Assembly: GCA_965242965.1 (NCBI GenBank)
Contig: OZ251518.1
Coordinates: forward strand, 1,696,001 to 1,760,000
Direction of reading: 5' to 3'
From: Candidatus Poribacteria bacterium
GTDB lineage: Bacteria > Poribacteria > WGA-4E > WGA-3G
DNA: 64,000 bases
Notes under the pieces: model-generated
The model's input: the letters and a program-made list of their open reading frames with translations, nothing else
The model's database searches: none
What the model was told of the DNA's origin: nothing
Position numbers and translations under genes: made by a program
Part shown: piece by piece, positions 18,284 to 28,902 of the stretch
How the letters are laid out: the number at the start of each line of letters is the position of its first letter
How positions within the stretch are numbered: position 1 is the stretch's first letter

Positions 18284-18865
18284 ATGATTCAACAACCGCA
18301 ACCTTTTGATGCACAGTGGCCGCGATATTGCCCACAGAGACCTTTTCCGCCGTATCGGCATATTCCGGGTGTAACGCCGCATCCTATTCGGGATCCGCTT
18401 GGACATAGTTATGAACCAGTTGAGGAGACCTCGGTTCACGGTTCTTCCGATGCCCTGCTTCCACCGGAGAAGTGGCGGGAAAACGAGGAGTATCTCTACG
18501 GCGTGGATCTCTATAACTTTGCGTATTGGTGGGAGGCGCACGAGGCGTGGGAGGGGCTGTGGCATCAAGCGGAGGATACGTATCGGCTTTTCCTGCAAGG
18601 GTTGATTCAGATTTCGGCGGCGCATATCAAGTATCATTCACGGATGTTGCGTCCTTTGCGGACGCTCTCCACTGCTGGCCGCGAGAAGTTGCGGCAGGTT
18701 GTGTATGAGTCTTCCGGCACGCGCGGTGTCTATATGGGAGTAGACCTGTCTGAATTTTTGGAGAATGCCGATGCGTTTTTCGCGCCGTTCTTTGCGGATG
18801 TTGTCACAGAAGATACCTATCGGGAGGCCGCCGTGAGGGCTCCGCTGATTTCGCTTAAGTTCTAA
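18284..18865 (+). CDS. DUF309 family protein
   Basis: GVDLYNFAYWWEAHEAWEGLW, FLQGLIQISAA. Confidence 0.88.
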   Translation: MIQQPQPFDAQWPRYCPQRPFPPYRHIPGVTPHPIRDPLGHSYEPVEETSVHGSSDALLPPEKWRENEEYLYGVDLYNFAYWWEAHEAWEGLWHQAEDTYRLFLQGLIQISAAHIKYHSRMLRPLRTLSTAGREKLRQVVYESSGTRGVYMGVDLSEFLENADAFFAPFFADVVTEDTYREAAVRAPLISLKF

Positions 18866-18869
18866 GTGC

Positions 18870-19520
18870 GTATCGGGACAAGGATGTCCCTCCTACCCGA
18901 AATGATGCAATACCGTAGGAGAGACCTCCTGGTCTCGATTTCATCGTAGGGCGAGGGCCTGTCCCTCGCCATCGTTCGCGCGCCAGTCTCTGTAGGTCAG
19001 GATCGCCTGATCCTGACCTGTTTGTGATCAGGCGATCAAAAACTACAGAGGGGGAAACACGCATCGTGACGATGGAGCTCGCGGGGGAAACCCGCTCGCA
19101 TGCGCGGATGGCATCCGAGGGCCCCCGCGCTACGGGCGGAGAAAAGCCCCTTTCATCGTAGGGCGAGGGCCTGTCCCTCGCCATCGTTCGTGCGCCAGTC
19201 TCTGTAGGTCAGGATCGCCTGATCCTGACCTGTTTGTGATCAGGCGATCAAAAACTACAGATGGGCAACACACATCGGGACGATGGAGATCGCGGGGGAC
19301 AGGCCCCCGCGCTACGGGCGGAGAAAAGCCCCTTTCATCGTAGGGCGAGGGCCTGTCCCTCGCCATCGTGCTTGCACGCGCATTCCAACGATCGCGGGGG
19401 ACAGGCCCCCGCGCTACGATAAAAAAAACGGTTCTTGAGCCATCGCGGGGGACAGGCCCCCGCGCTACGGGAAAATTGAGACCCGGCGGCAGCCATCGAG
19501 ACCGGGAGGTCTCTCCTACG
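18870..19520. repeat. Mosaic hairpin array with a ~213-bp tandem duplication
   Basis: TTTCATCGTAGGGCGAGGGCCTGTCCCTCGCCATCG at about 18940, 19153 and 19334. Confidence 0.9.
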
Positions 19521-19525
19521 GGGAG

Positions 19526-19813
19526 GTGAGTATGGTATCCTTTTTTCCCTTCTTCATTTTTGTGGTGGTTTGCCTCTTCATCGTCGCGCTGTTGGTGGTT
19601 GCGTTTAAGATAGGCGCGCACTTCGGCAGGAGCGATGTTGATGAATTCCGCGCGGCGCGGTGCATGCAATGTCAAACGCGGCGGAAACCGGTGAAGACAG
19701 GCACCGTCCGAAACCTCGTTGAATTTGAGATGCGATGTCCACGTTGTGGGCACATTTCGTGGGATGTTCCACCGAAGACGAATTTGTCCACGCGCCCGAC
19801 AGAACGCGATTAA
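19526..19813 (+). CDS. Small membrane protein with zinc ribbon
   Basis: Hydrophobic N-terminus, CMQC...CPRCGH; RBS GGAGG. Confidence 0.65.
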   Translation: MSMVSFFPFFIFVVVCLFIVALLVVAFKIGAHFGRSDVDEFRAARCMQCQTRRKPVKTGTVRNLVEFEMRCPRCGHISWDVPPKTNLSTRPTERD

Positions 19814-20871
19814 ACCTCCCCATCCCAATAACTGAGACTCTCATCTTTCCGATAGATTTTCCCGACGACATAAGGCAGCACCTTGTTAGAGTCGGGGTAT
19901 TCACTCACATCATAGGGAATAGTTGTGCCGAGGATGAACAACGTCACAGGCGCATCGGTTTCGTTGATGAATTTGTGCGCGCCGATTGCCCCCGGTGGAA
20001 ACGCGATGAAGTCTCCCTGTCGCACGCTGACATCACCGCGCGGCGTTTTGAGGGTGCACGTGCCCTCCATCACATAACACATTTCCTCGCCGAAGTTGTG
20101 GAAATGCATCGGGAAACTCATCTTGCCCGGCTGTAGACGAATTATCCGATACCCCAGATTTTTGCTGCCGATAAGCGCATCGATGTCTTTATCCTCAAAA
20201 TCATAAGGCGACGGTGCGTTTTTCTGCGCCCATGCTATTTCATCAATGTGGATGCGGTTGATATAGATGTCGCGTCGCGCTTGCAGGCAGTCAATGAGGC
20301 GTTGCCGCCCATCTCTGAAGATGGAGTGGCCATCTCCGACAAGAACGGCGTTGAAGTGGAGTGCCAGGATTTTGCGGAGTTCCAGCGCGGCTTTCGGCGC
20401 GTTCTCCAACTTTTCATCTGCCAATAGCGTCAGCGCGCCCATCGGTTCGCCGACAACCAAATCGCCGAAGAGGACGGCCCGCTTACCGGGAAAATAGAGG
20501 GCGATTTCGCCGGGGCTCTTTCCGTGCTGCAGATGCACGGCGTGTAGCCCCTGCACAATCTCTTCGCCATCGCAAATCGTTCGCGCGGGTGTGACGTTGA
20601 GCGCATCGGCATCCGCTTCATGCACGATTATCTCGGCACCGGTGAGTTCCTGAAAGGCGGCGGCTTCGCGTTCGTGGTCCCGGTTAGTTAGGACAATCCA
20701 CTTCGCGCCGCCGAGTTCAGCGAGCTGCGCTTCGTCGGGACTGCTCATTGGAACCGGATCGATGAGGATGTTTCCTTTCTCCTGCAACCACAGATGTCCG
20801 TTAAAGTCAATCTGCCGTTCTTCACTGAAGGCAGACCAGGTGTAGATGTCTTCAAAAATCAAGCGTTTCAT
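19810..20871 (-). CDS. Metallo-beta-lactamase-fold plus cupin fusion protein
   Basis: LTNRDHER, LFGD, VGDG; cupin HFHNFGEE, AHKFIN, EYPDSNK. Confidence 0.85.
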   Translation of the reverse strand: MKRLIFEDIYTWSAFSEERQIDFNGHLWLQEKGNILIDPVPMSSPDEAQLAELGGAKWIVLTNRDHEREAAAFQELTGAEIIVHEADADALNVTPARTICDGEEIVQGLHAVHLQHGKSPGEIALYFPGKRAVLFGDLVVGEPMGALTLLADEKLENAPKAALELRKILALHFNAVLVGDGHSIFRDGRQRLIDCLQARRDIYINRIHIDEIAWAQKNAPSPYDFEDKDIDALIGSKNLGYRIIRLQPGKMSFPMHFHNFGEEMCYVMEGTCTLKTPRGDVSVRQGDFIAFPPGAIGAHKFINETDAPVTLFILGTTIPYDVSEYPDSNKVLPYVVGKIYRKDESLSYWDGEV

Positions 20872-20965
20872 GTGTGTTGATTTTCCCGTTTTTTGTTGGG
20901 TAGGCGCGTGTTGTGAGGGCGCGTAAGGCTTCGCGATTTGAAACCGCGCCTACCGGTGATGGGTA

Positions 20966-21496
20966 TCAGGGTTGCGCTTCCTTTGAAACGAACCCGTAAA
21001 CCTCAATTTCGTGGGCGTAGGCTCTACCGAGTTGGATTTGCGGCACCATCGCGTTGAGACGTTCGGAGAATTTTCGTGCCCTATGCTTATCGTCAGCAGT
21101 GCCGCTGATATAGACGCGAAGTGCCTCCGTGACGACACTCATCCGCATCTCAATTGCCTGCCCGCGGTTATTTTTGACTTGCTGGATCGCCTGCCACCGT
21201 CCATTGCCTTGGAGTTTTTGATACACCATTGCATCCCGAATGTTCGTGCCGCGGATAACGATACGGTGGATAGGCTTCCGAGTCGGCAGCGTGATGTGAA
21301 TCCACCTTCCATCGGCATACCCTCTGGTTTTCAGATCGCCGTCTATCATGCCCGGGTCGGTGCAGGTTACGCCTTCCGTGATGGCGTAGTTTGTCCATTC
21401 TTGCGGTTCGATGAGGGCGCGGAGTGCCTGGGATTGGCATCCGGAGAATGGGATAATCGCGCAGAGTGATAAGAGAATGATAAGGTAATGTCGCAT
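20966..21496 (-). CDS. Hypothetical lipoprotein (galactose-binding-like fold suspected)
   Basis: MRHYLIILLSLCAIIPFSGC lipobox; ends EIEVYG. Confidence 0.7.
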   Translation of the reverse strand: MRHYLIILLSLCAIIPFSGCQSQALRALIEPQEWTNYAITEGVTCTDPGMIDGDLKTRGYADGRWIHITLPTRKPIHRIVIRGTNIRDAMVYQKLQGNGRWQAIQQVKNNRGQAIEMRMSVVTEALRVYISGTADDKHRARKFSERLNAMVPQIQLGRAYAHEIEVYGFVSKEAQP

Positions 21497-21507
21497 GGGT
21501 TTTTCCT

Positions 21508-21571
21508 TGCGAGGGACAGGCCCTCGCGCTGCGGGTTCCGGGGCATCGCGAGGGACAGGCCCTCGCGCTAC
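21508..21571 (-). repeat. Two tandem GTAGCGCGAGGGCCTGTCCCTCGC hairpins
   Basis: Seen directly; the first supplies the TAG stop of the methyltransferase gene. Confidence 0.85.
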
Positions 21572-22452
21572 GGGTTCCGAGGCGGCGTTTCTTGTTTTGT
21601 ATACGCCTGCACTAAGTCGCCTTTGCGGAAGCCGGGGACGGCGGTGGCGCACTCCTGTGCTAAGCGTTCATAATCGATGCGCATGAGCCGCGCTAAGACA
21701 TGAGGATTTTTCGCCTTCAGCAATAGCCATTGCTTATTCCGTTCGCACTGCTTTTCGTCGGTCTCCTTGCGGGAGTAATCTTGCCATCCTTGGCACGGCA
21801 CGGCGAAATCAAAGGCGTTTCGGAAGACCTTCAGCGCGGCAGGCGTGTTGTTATACTGCCACATCTGGAAATCCGGGTGCGCGATAGGCAACGGTTGATG
21901 GAGCCGCATGTCGGGATACGCGTTCGCTTCGCCCCGGGTCCAGATTTGGAATTCTGTGTTCACGGCGTAAGGTTTGTCATTGCCGAGTTGAAACGCTTCC
22001 CTCGGCAGTGCCAATTTGCTGATGAACCGCATGCTGGAGTCAAGTTGCTTATGCACCGTCCACTTCCTGAAAATGACTGGCACGATGAAGGCGACGGTAT
22101 CCGCCAAATAGGCGGCGTGATTGAAGAACGCTATCGCCAATTTCCCGCGTTTGCCAAACGGCGGGTTGCCGATGATGGCAGTTTCTGTTGGTGCTACATC
22201 GGTCGCGCTTACTGACAACGGCATTGGGAAACCGGTCACTTTAAAAAAATCTTGTGCGATGACCCCTTCGCATTTGGGTTCAATGTCCATGCCTAATCTG
22301 CGTTGTGGCGGCAAGAGGTTGTAAAACGCGCCGGTGCCAGCGGAAGGTTCAAGAAAAAATAGGTTATCCACTGCGAAGATTTCAGTGAAATGCTTCCAAC
22401 AAGCGGCGGCGATTTCTTTTTTTGTGTAAAATTGGTCCAATGCGTTTTGCAT
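21568..22452 (-). CDS. SAM-dependent amino (N6-adenine type) DNA methyltransferase-like protein
   Basis: DQFYT, FLEPSAGTGAF, IIGNPPFG. Confidence 0.8.
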   Translation of the reverse strand: MQNALDQFYTKKEIAAACWKHFTEIFAVDNLFFLEPSAGTGAFYNLLPPQRRLGMDIEPKCEGVIAQDFFKVTGFPMPLSVSATDVAPTETAIIGNPPFGKRGKLAIAFFNHAAYLADTVAFIVPVIFRKWTVHKQLDSSMRFISKLALPREAFQLGNDKPYAVNTEFQIWTRGEANAYPDMRLHQPLPIAHPDFQMWQYNNTPAALKVFRNAFDFAVPCQGWQDYSRKETDEKQCERNKQWLLLKAKNPHVLARLMRIDYERLAQECATAVPGFRKGDLVQAYTKQETPPRNP

Positions 22453-22517
22453 AGTGATTAAAGTATAGCAAAGTTTGAGGTGTGATGTCAAGGTTTTTTC
22501 GTTAACGCCGTTTTTCC

Positions 22518-23033
22518 CGTAGCGCGGGGGCCTGTCCCCCGCGATCCTTCATTTGTAGTTCGGGATCGCCTGATCCCGAACAGGTCAAGATCAGGCGATC
22601 TTGACCTACAGGGACGAAACAAACCTATCCTCAACCGAGGCGAGAACGCCGCGTGGAACGTAGCGCGGGGGCCTGTCCCCCGCGATCTCACCGACGAAAC
22701 GAAAAACGCCCGCAGTCCGGAGGCCACGGACGTTTGCTGCTAAGACCTAGGCATGGCGAGGGACAGGCCCTCGCCCTACGGTAAGACGTGCCGTTTTTTT
22801 CCCGTAGCGCGGGGGGCTGTCCCCCGCGAGTGTTCGATCCACACGAAAAACGTCGCTTGGAACGTAGCGCGGGGGCCTGTCCCCCGCGATCTCCCCGCCG
22901 AAATGAAAAACGCCCGCAGCCCAGAGACCACGGTCGTTTGCTGCCAAGACCGAGGCACGGCGAGGGACAGGCCCTCGCCCTACGGTGAAGGGATGGCGTT
23001 TTTTCATCGTAGGGCGGGGGCCTGTCCCCCGCG
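22518..23033. repeat. Mosaic hairpin array with a ~220-bp internal duplication
   Basis: GGAACGTAGCGCGGGGGCCTGTCCCCCGCGATCTC..GAAAAACGCCCGCAG occurs twice. Confidence 0.9.
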
Positions 23034-23122
23034 TTCCAACTAAAACGCATTGCATTCTTGCTTTAAAATCGCTTCTATGGTATCATCGACACAAATTAGG
23101 AATGTGGATACGGAGAAACCGA

Positions 23123-24163
23123 ATGTATAAAAGCGCGATTTTGGGGTGCAGAGGACGTGCAAGAGGACACGCCCGCGCCTATGAACACGTCAAAGGCGGA
23201 AAATTGGCAGCGATTTGTGATATGAATGAAGAGCTGCTCAACGGCTTCGGTGATGAGTTCGGGATAGATGCCCGATACACCGATCTTGACGAGATGCTCA
23301 CAAAGGAGAAACCAGACCTGTTGCATATCGTGACTGCGCCGGTGCTGCGCGGGTCGAACGAACGCATCCGATACCCGCTGATGCATCAGGCATCCGAGCA
23401 CGGGGTGCCGGCGGCGATTGTCGAAAAACCGATTGCGGTGGAGAGTGAGGATTGGCGGCAGATTTCTGAGCTCTCGCAGCAGACAAAAACGAAGTTCGTC
23501 GTGAATACGCAACTCAATTTCCATCCGCAGAACCTTGCGTTGAAACGCGATGTAGCGGAAGGGAAGATCGGCGCGATTAAGTTTATTGAGGCGAGCGCGC
23601 GGAATCCGCCTGTCGATCAGGCACCGCACGTGTTGCAATTGGTGTCGTCTTACATTGACAACTCGCGTCCGGTGAGAGTGCATGGACAGATTTCGGGTGC
23701 CGGGCAGTTGGATGGCGCGCAGCCATCGCCGGCAAATGCGACAGCGTTGGTGACTTACGCGAACGGCGTGCAAGCCTCCGTCGCTTTCGGGCCGGAAATG
23801 GCACCGCGCGTGTTGCCGGATACCGGGAATAATCGGCATAAGCGGGTCTGCGTATTTGGACAACACGGGTTTGTCCACTGGCGGTTCGAGAGTTGGGAAC
23901 GCAACACCCCCGAAGGCGGGTATGAAGGCGGAGACCTGAGTTACGGCGCGCAGGATGTCATCGCGCAGGGCGGCCTCACCGATGCAGTGTTTGAATGGCT
24001 GGACGATGAGAGTCGGGTGCATCCGACGCACTTGCCGCAGTCCCTGGCGGAATTCAATCTGCTGTTGGGGATTTATTATAGCGGGTTGACGAATACCGTA
24101 GTCGATTTGCCGTTCGATCCGCCAGATGGGATGATGGCGATGTTCCGGGCCTCCTTATCGTAG
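23123..24163 (+). CDS. Gfo/Idh/MocA family oxidoreductase
   Basis: AILGCRGRARGH, AAICD, EKPDLLHIVT, IVEKPIA. Confidence 0.9.
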   Translation: MYKSAILGCRGRARGHARAYEHVKGGKLAAICDMNEELLNGFGDEFGIDARYTDLDEMLTKEKPDLLHIVTAPVLRGSNERIRYPLMHQASEHGVPAAIVEKPIAVESEDWRQISELSQQTKTKFVVNTQLNFHPQNLALKRDVAEGKIGAIKFIEASARNPPVDQAPHVLQLVSSYIDNSRPVRVHGQISGAGQLDGAQPSPANATALVTYANGVQASVAFGPEMAPRVLPDTGNNRHKRVCVFGQHGFVHWRFESWERNTPEGGYEGGDLSYGAQDVIAQGGLTDAVFEWLDDESRVHPTHLPQSLAEFNLLLGIYYSGLTNTVVDLPFDPPDGMMAMFRASLS

Positions 24164-24452
24164 GGCGAGGGCCTGTCCCTCGCCGTGCCTCGATCGGGAG
24201 GGAGATGGCGTTGGTTGGCGTGCGTTTTTTTGCGCGGGTCGAGCGATCGCGGGGGACAGGCCCCCGCGCTACGGTTGGTGAGGCCGTCTCCATTTATCGT
24301 AGGGCGAGGGCCTGTCCCTCGTCATGCCAGGTTCGCGGGGGACAGGCCCCCGCGCTACGGGCCACGGCGCGCGTTATCGTAGGGCGAGGGCCTGTCCCTC
24401 GCCATCGTTCGCGGCCGCGGACACTCGCGGGGGACAGGCCCCCGCGCTACGG
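24160..24452. repeat. Three inverted GTAG hairpin pairs
   Basis: GTAGGGCGAGGGCCTGTCCCTCG..CGCGGGGGACAGGCCCCCGCGCTAC x3 with different spacers. Confidence 0.9.
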
Positions 24453-24487
24453 GCCAAAGATATATCTGTCCAGCGGAATTAAAAAAC

Positions 24488-26479
24488 ATGCTCACATTTA
24501 AACAACTCATCGCTTATGGATTCGGAGAAGAGGAAGCGAAGGCAGTGAACGCGCTTTTGGCAGAGAAAGATGCAGCGGCGTGTTGGCGCGAACTTTCACG
24601 CAATATCTTGTCACCAAGACATCCGTTCGCCATCCATCAACTGCTTTATGAGACGGTGTATGCAGCGTGGCATGCCGAAACGCAAGGCCCGCCACCGGCT
24701 TGGTTTCCTTATGAAACGGATATTGCGCATGCCAACATTACGCAGTTAATGGAGAAGTTGGAGATAGAAACCTATCGCGAATTTCATGCATGGAGTGTGA
24801 GCAACCGTGCCGCGTTTTGGGAGACGATGATCGAAACATTGGGGGTTCATGTTCCTTCCCTAAAGGTGGAGATTGCGGGTAGAAACCTGAATATCACAAA
24901 GCGCTGCTATAACATCGTTGAGAGTTGTTTCAGCGCGCCTGACGATGCCGTCGCGATTATCGCGCGGAGCGAAACGGATGCAACGCTGAAAAAAATTACC
25001 TATCGCGAGTTAGAATCTCTAACGAACCGCGTTGCGAATGGACTCGTGGCACTCGGCATTGAACCGGGGGATGCGGTGGCGGTTGATATGCCGATGCACG
25101 CAGAATCGGTCGCAATTTATTTGGGCATCGTGAAGGCGGGGTGCGCGGTAGTATCCATCGCCGATAGTTTCGCGCCAGCCGAAATTGCGACGCGGCTTCG
25201 CATCGGCAACGCGAAGGCGGTTTTTACGCAGGACGCTATTTATCGGGATGGGAAACGGCTGCCGTTATATGAGAAGATTGTTGCCGCGGAAGCACCGAAG
25301 GCGGTTGTGTTGTCTGCACCAAAAGCGGGATTAGCGGATAGGGACGATGTGACGTGGGAGGATTTTCTAAGCGACTGCGAGACGTTTACAGCCGTGCCGT
25401 GTCATCCCGAAACGCATACGAATATCCTCTTTTCCTCTGGCACGACAGGGGAGCCGAAGGCAATTCCGTGGACGCATACCACGCCGATTAAATGCGCTGC
25501 CGATGCTTTCCTCCATCACGATATTCATCCCAACGATGTCCTCGCCTGGCCGACAAACCTTGGCTGGATGATGGGACCGTGGCTTATCTACGCGAGTCTT
25601 ATCAATCGGGGCACTATTGCGCTGTATGACGGCGTGCCAACCGGGCGCGATTTCGGCATTTTCGTGCAGGATGCCAAGGTAAATCTGCTCGGTGTGGTGC
25701 CGACGCTCGTGCGCGCATGGAAAAATAGTGAGTGCATGAAGGGACTAGACTGGAGCGCGATTCGGGTTTTTAGTTCGACCGGGGAGTGTTCTAATCCAAT
25801 GGAGATGCTGTTTTTGATGTCGCTCGCAGGGTATCGGCCCGTGATTGAATACTGCGGTGGTACAGAAATCGGAGGCGCGTATGTGACAGGGACGCGCGTG
25901 CAACCAGCTGCGCCATCAACGTTTACCACACCCGCGCTCGGTTTGGATTTTGTGCTTTGCGATGAAGAGGGGAATTTTGCCGATAACGGCGAGGTTTTTA
26001 TCGTCCCGCCATCGCTGGGATTGTCGGGGAGTTTGGTGAACGCCGAACATGACGCTGTTTACTTTTCGGGAACGCCGCAGCCGAATTTGCGTCGGCACGG
26101 GGATGCGCTAGAACGGCTGGCGAACGGGTATTATCGCATTCATGGGCGCGTTGACGATACGATGAATCTGAGCGGGATTAAGGTGAGTTCCGCGGAAATT
26201 GAGGAAGTCCTGAACGGCGTTGATGGAATTCGGGAGACAGCGGCGGTGGCAGTATCGCCGAGGGATGGAGGACCGAGTCGATTGGTAATTTATGTTGTGC
26301 CTCTCGATGCGATTTCCATCCCGGAAAGTCACGCAGCGTTGCAGACTGCATTGCGTCAGCGGCTGAATCCGTTGTTTCGGATTGATGAGATTGTTGTCGT
26401 TGATGCATTGCCGCGCACTGCATCGAATAAGGTGATGCGGCGATTGCTGCGGGAGCAAAAAGCCGGTAGTGAACCGTAG
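24488..26479 (+). CDS. AMP-dependent acyl-CoA synthetase (acetate-CoA ligase-like)
   Basis: ILFSSGTTGEPK, YCGGTEIGG, GRVDD, LPRTASNKVMRR. Confidence 0.92.
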   Translation: MLTFKQLIAYGFGEEEAKAVNALLAEKDAAACWRELSRNILSPRHPFAIHQLLYETVYAAWHAETQGPPPAWFPYETDIAHANITQLMEKLEIETYREFHAWSVSNRAAFWETMIETLGVHVPSLKVEIAGRNLNITKRCYNIVESCFSAPDDAVAIIARSETDATLKKITYRELESLTNRVANGLVALGIEPGDAVAVDMPMHAESVAIYLGIVKAGCAVVSIADSFAPAEIATRLRIGNAKAVFTQDAIYRDGKRLPLYEKIVAAEAPKAVVLSAPKAGLADRDDVTWEDFLSDCETFTAVPCHPETHTNILFSSGTTGEPKAIPWTHTTPIKCAADAFLHHDIHPNDVLAWPTNLGWMMGPWLIYASLINRGTIALYDGVPTGRDFGIFVQDAKVNLLGVVPTLVRAWKNSECMKGLDWSAIRVFSSTGECSNPMEMLFLMSLAGYRPVIEYCGGTEIGGAYVTGTRVQPAAPSTFTTPALGLDFVLCDEEGNFADNGEVFIVPPSLGLSGSLVNAEHDAVYFSGTPQPNLRRHGDALERLANGYYRIHGRVDDTMNLSGIKVSSAEIEEVLNGVDGIRETAAVAVSPRDGGPSRLVIYVVPLDAISIPESHAALQTALRQRLNPLFRIDEIVVVDALPRTASNKVMRRLLREQKAGSEP

Positions 26480-27125
26480 GGCGCGGGTGATTTTTTGTGC
26501 TCGGGCAGTCGCGAGGGACAGGCCCTCGCGCTACGGTAAGCAGCACGTTTTTTCACTGTAGCGCGGGGGCCCTCGGATGCCATACGCGCATCCGAGCGGG
26601 TTTCCCCCGCGATCGTTCTCCCACTCCATCTGTAGTTCGGGAGCACCCGCTCCCGACCGGGCAAGAGCAGGCGCTCTTGCCCTACAGATAGGGGCCGCCT
26701 CCTACTCCCGTGTCTGCTTAAGAGTCTTCGCATTGCAAGGTGCTATAGACATTAAGGTCCTACGGACCTAAAGAGACGTTTTATCGCGATAAACCTCCTA
26801 ATCTTGCAAATCCGGAGCAGGATTCACAAGATTATCACGATTTACCAGGATTAGGAGCAGGATTATCACGATTATCACGATTATCAAGATTATAGATTCT
26901 GATTCACCAACCCCCCGTGGCCTGCCAAAACCACGCCGGCGCACCAGAAACCTAATCCTGTGAAATCCTGGAAATCGTGAAAATCCTGCTCAAAATCGTG
27001 AAAATCCTGCTCGTTTCTTGCTCTAGGCGATTGGACGATTGCGAGGGACAGGCCCTCGCGCTACGATGTGTGGGAGATTTTTGCTGTGGTCGGACGATCG
27101 CGAGGGACAGGCCCTCGCGCTACGG
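26476..27125. repeat. Mosaic array with a 210-bp unit repeated at 28681-28892 and 9-mer GATTATCAC/AAATCCTG inverted repeats
   Basis: Direct sequence comparison. Confidence 0.88.
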
Positions 27126-27181
27126 TGCGAGGGGATTTTCGGGACGCGCGGGATTTTCTGTTAAAAAATTCACAAAAAAAT

Positions 27182-27210
27182 TTGACAAACTAGGATTTTT
27201 GTGGTATAAT
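27182..27210 (+). promoter_or_regulatory. Consensus sigma70 promoter
   Basis: TTGACA-17-TATAAT with TG extension. Confidence 0.85.
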
Positions 27211-27215
27211 TCTTA

Positions 27216-27413
27216 TTGATTGAAAAATGGGTGACACGGCAATCCGAAATCTCTCAAAAGGCGGCAACTATGCAAAACGCACGTATCCATCGTAACATCG
27301 AAAAGGCGATACCTCTCCGTAGTGCATCGCGTTGCGCCTTCGCGCCCTCACAGGCGATCGGTTGTTTTGACAATCGGTTAGGACGATTTACCCCCCCTTA
27401 TCACGTAGGTTAA
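27216..27413 (+). other. Possible leader ORF ending just after a C7 tract
   Basis: 65-codon ORF directly after the promoter; contains a motif shared with 53431-53461. Confidence 0.35.
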
Positions 27414-27602
27414 GTATAGTTTCACAAGGTAACGTTCGATATTCATCGTCGTTTTGCCTTCAATCCCGCGCGAGCTCTGTCTCGTTGCGGGCTATTTCTG
27501 TTGCACAAGACAGGCGCGATTTCTTGTCTGCGCGGTTTCAAACCGCGCCTTTGCGCCTATTTTCTTTAACTGCTCGCCAGAGTGCGAGAAAGGAGATTTT
27601 TG

Positions 27603-28004
27603 ATGAAAAATAGTTTTCGCGTTTTCGCGTTAATGCTGGTTGCGTTATTCGCCATTGCCTTCGTCGGTTGCGGCGGAGACGATGAAGATGAAGCAGTGGA
27701 GGAACTCACCGGAAGGTATACGGCTACTGAGGTGAGTGTTGAAGGAGGCGGAACTTCTGTTGTTGTCCGTCCTCCAGACCTCTTTGGCCAACTTACCCTC
27801 GGTAGTAAAGGTGGCCCCTGGTCTCTAACTCTTTTGTTCCCCGAGTCTGATCGGATTGACGAATCCGGCACCACTTGGATTGCCAATGGAACAGATTTAT
27901 GGCTGGACGAAGAACCTAGCCCTTACACATGGGATGGAACGTATCTCATATTTTCTAATACCGCAGATGGAGTGACGTTGCGTATTAAGTGGCAGAAAAC
28001 TTAA
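27603..28004 (+). CDS. Lipoprotein, lipocalin-like beta protein
   Basis: RBS AAGGAG; MKNSFRVFALMLVALFAIAFVGC lipobox; LTGRY, YTWDG. Confidence 0.85.
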   Translation: MKNSFRVFALMLVALFAIAFVGCGGDDEDEAVEELTGRYTATEVSVEGGGTSVVVRPPDLFGQLTLGSKGGPWSLTLLFPESDRIDESGTTWIANGTDLWLDEEPSPYTWDGTYLIFSNTADGVTLRIKWQKT

Positions 28005-28063
28005 CGCCACGTTCATCCGCAACTGGGGGCTGCAGGATTGCTCAAACCGTGTCACCTTTTCAC

Positions 28064-28897
28064 CGTAGGGCAGGGGCCTGTCCCTCGTGAGTCTAAAGGT
28101 TCCGTATCGCGGGGGGCTGTCTCCCGCGAAGGACCTGTTCCTCGTGAACCTAAAGGTTCCGTAGCGCGGGGGCCTGTCTCCCGCGATCGTTGCGTGGCGA
28201 GGGACAGGCCCTCGCCCTACGGTAAGTGGCCCGTTTTTTCACCGTAGCGCGGGGGCCTGTCTCCCGCGATCGTTCTCCCCCCCCTATCTGTAGTTCGGGA
28301 GTGCCTCCCGAACAGGCAACGGTCATCGGCACGTTTTTTGCCCGTATCGCGGGGGCCCTCGGATGCCACACGCGCATCCGAGCGGGTTTCCCCCGCGATC
28401 GCAGCATGGCGAGGGACAGGCCCTCGCCCTACGGTAAGTGGCCCGTTTTTCACCGTAGCGCGGGGGCCTGTCCCCCGCGATCGTTCTCCCCCCCTATCTG
28501 TAGTTCGGGAGTGCCTCCCGAACAGGCAACGGTCATCGGCACGTTTTTCCCCGTAGCGCGGGGGCCCTCGGATGCCACACGCGCATCCGAGTGGGTTTCC
28601 CCCGCGATCGTTGCTTGGCGAGGGACAGGCCCTCGCCCTACGGTAAGTGGCCCGTTTTTCACCGTAGCGCGGGGGCCTGTCCCCCGCGATCGTTCTCCCA
28701 CTCCATCTGTAGTTCGGGAGCACCTGCTCCCGAACGGGCAAGAGCAGGTGCTCTTGCCCTACAGATAGGGGCCGCATCCTACTCCCGGGTCTGCTTAAGA
28801 GTCTTCGCATTGCAAGGTGCTATAGACATTAAGGTCTTCCAGACCTAAAGAGACGTTTTATCGCGATAAAACCCCCCTAATCTTGCAAATCCTGCTC
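28064..28897. repeat. Mosaic array with ~210-bp tandem units
   Basis: GGCGAGGGACAGGCCCTCGCCCTACGGTAAGTGGCCCGTTTTT occurs three times. Confidence 0.9.
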
Positions 28898-28902
28898 ATT
28901 TC

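Noticed and set aside
27216-27600. Known riboswitch or ncRNA in the long leader
   Set aside because: No family recognisable by eye; an Rfam scan is needed.
26476-28900. Classical integron
   Set aside because: No tyrosine integrase and no GTTRRRY/RYYYAAC attC boxes were recognised.
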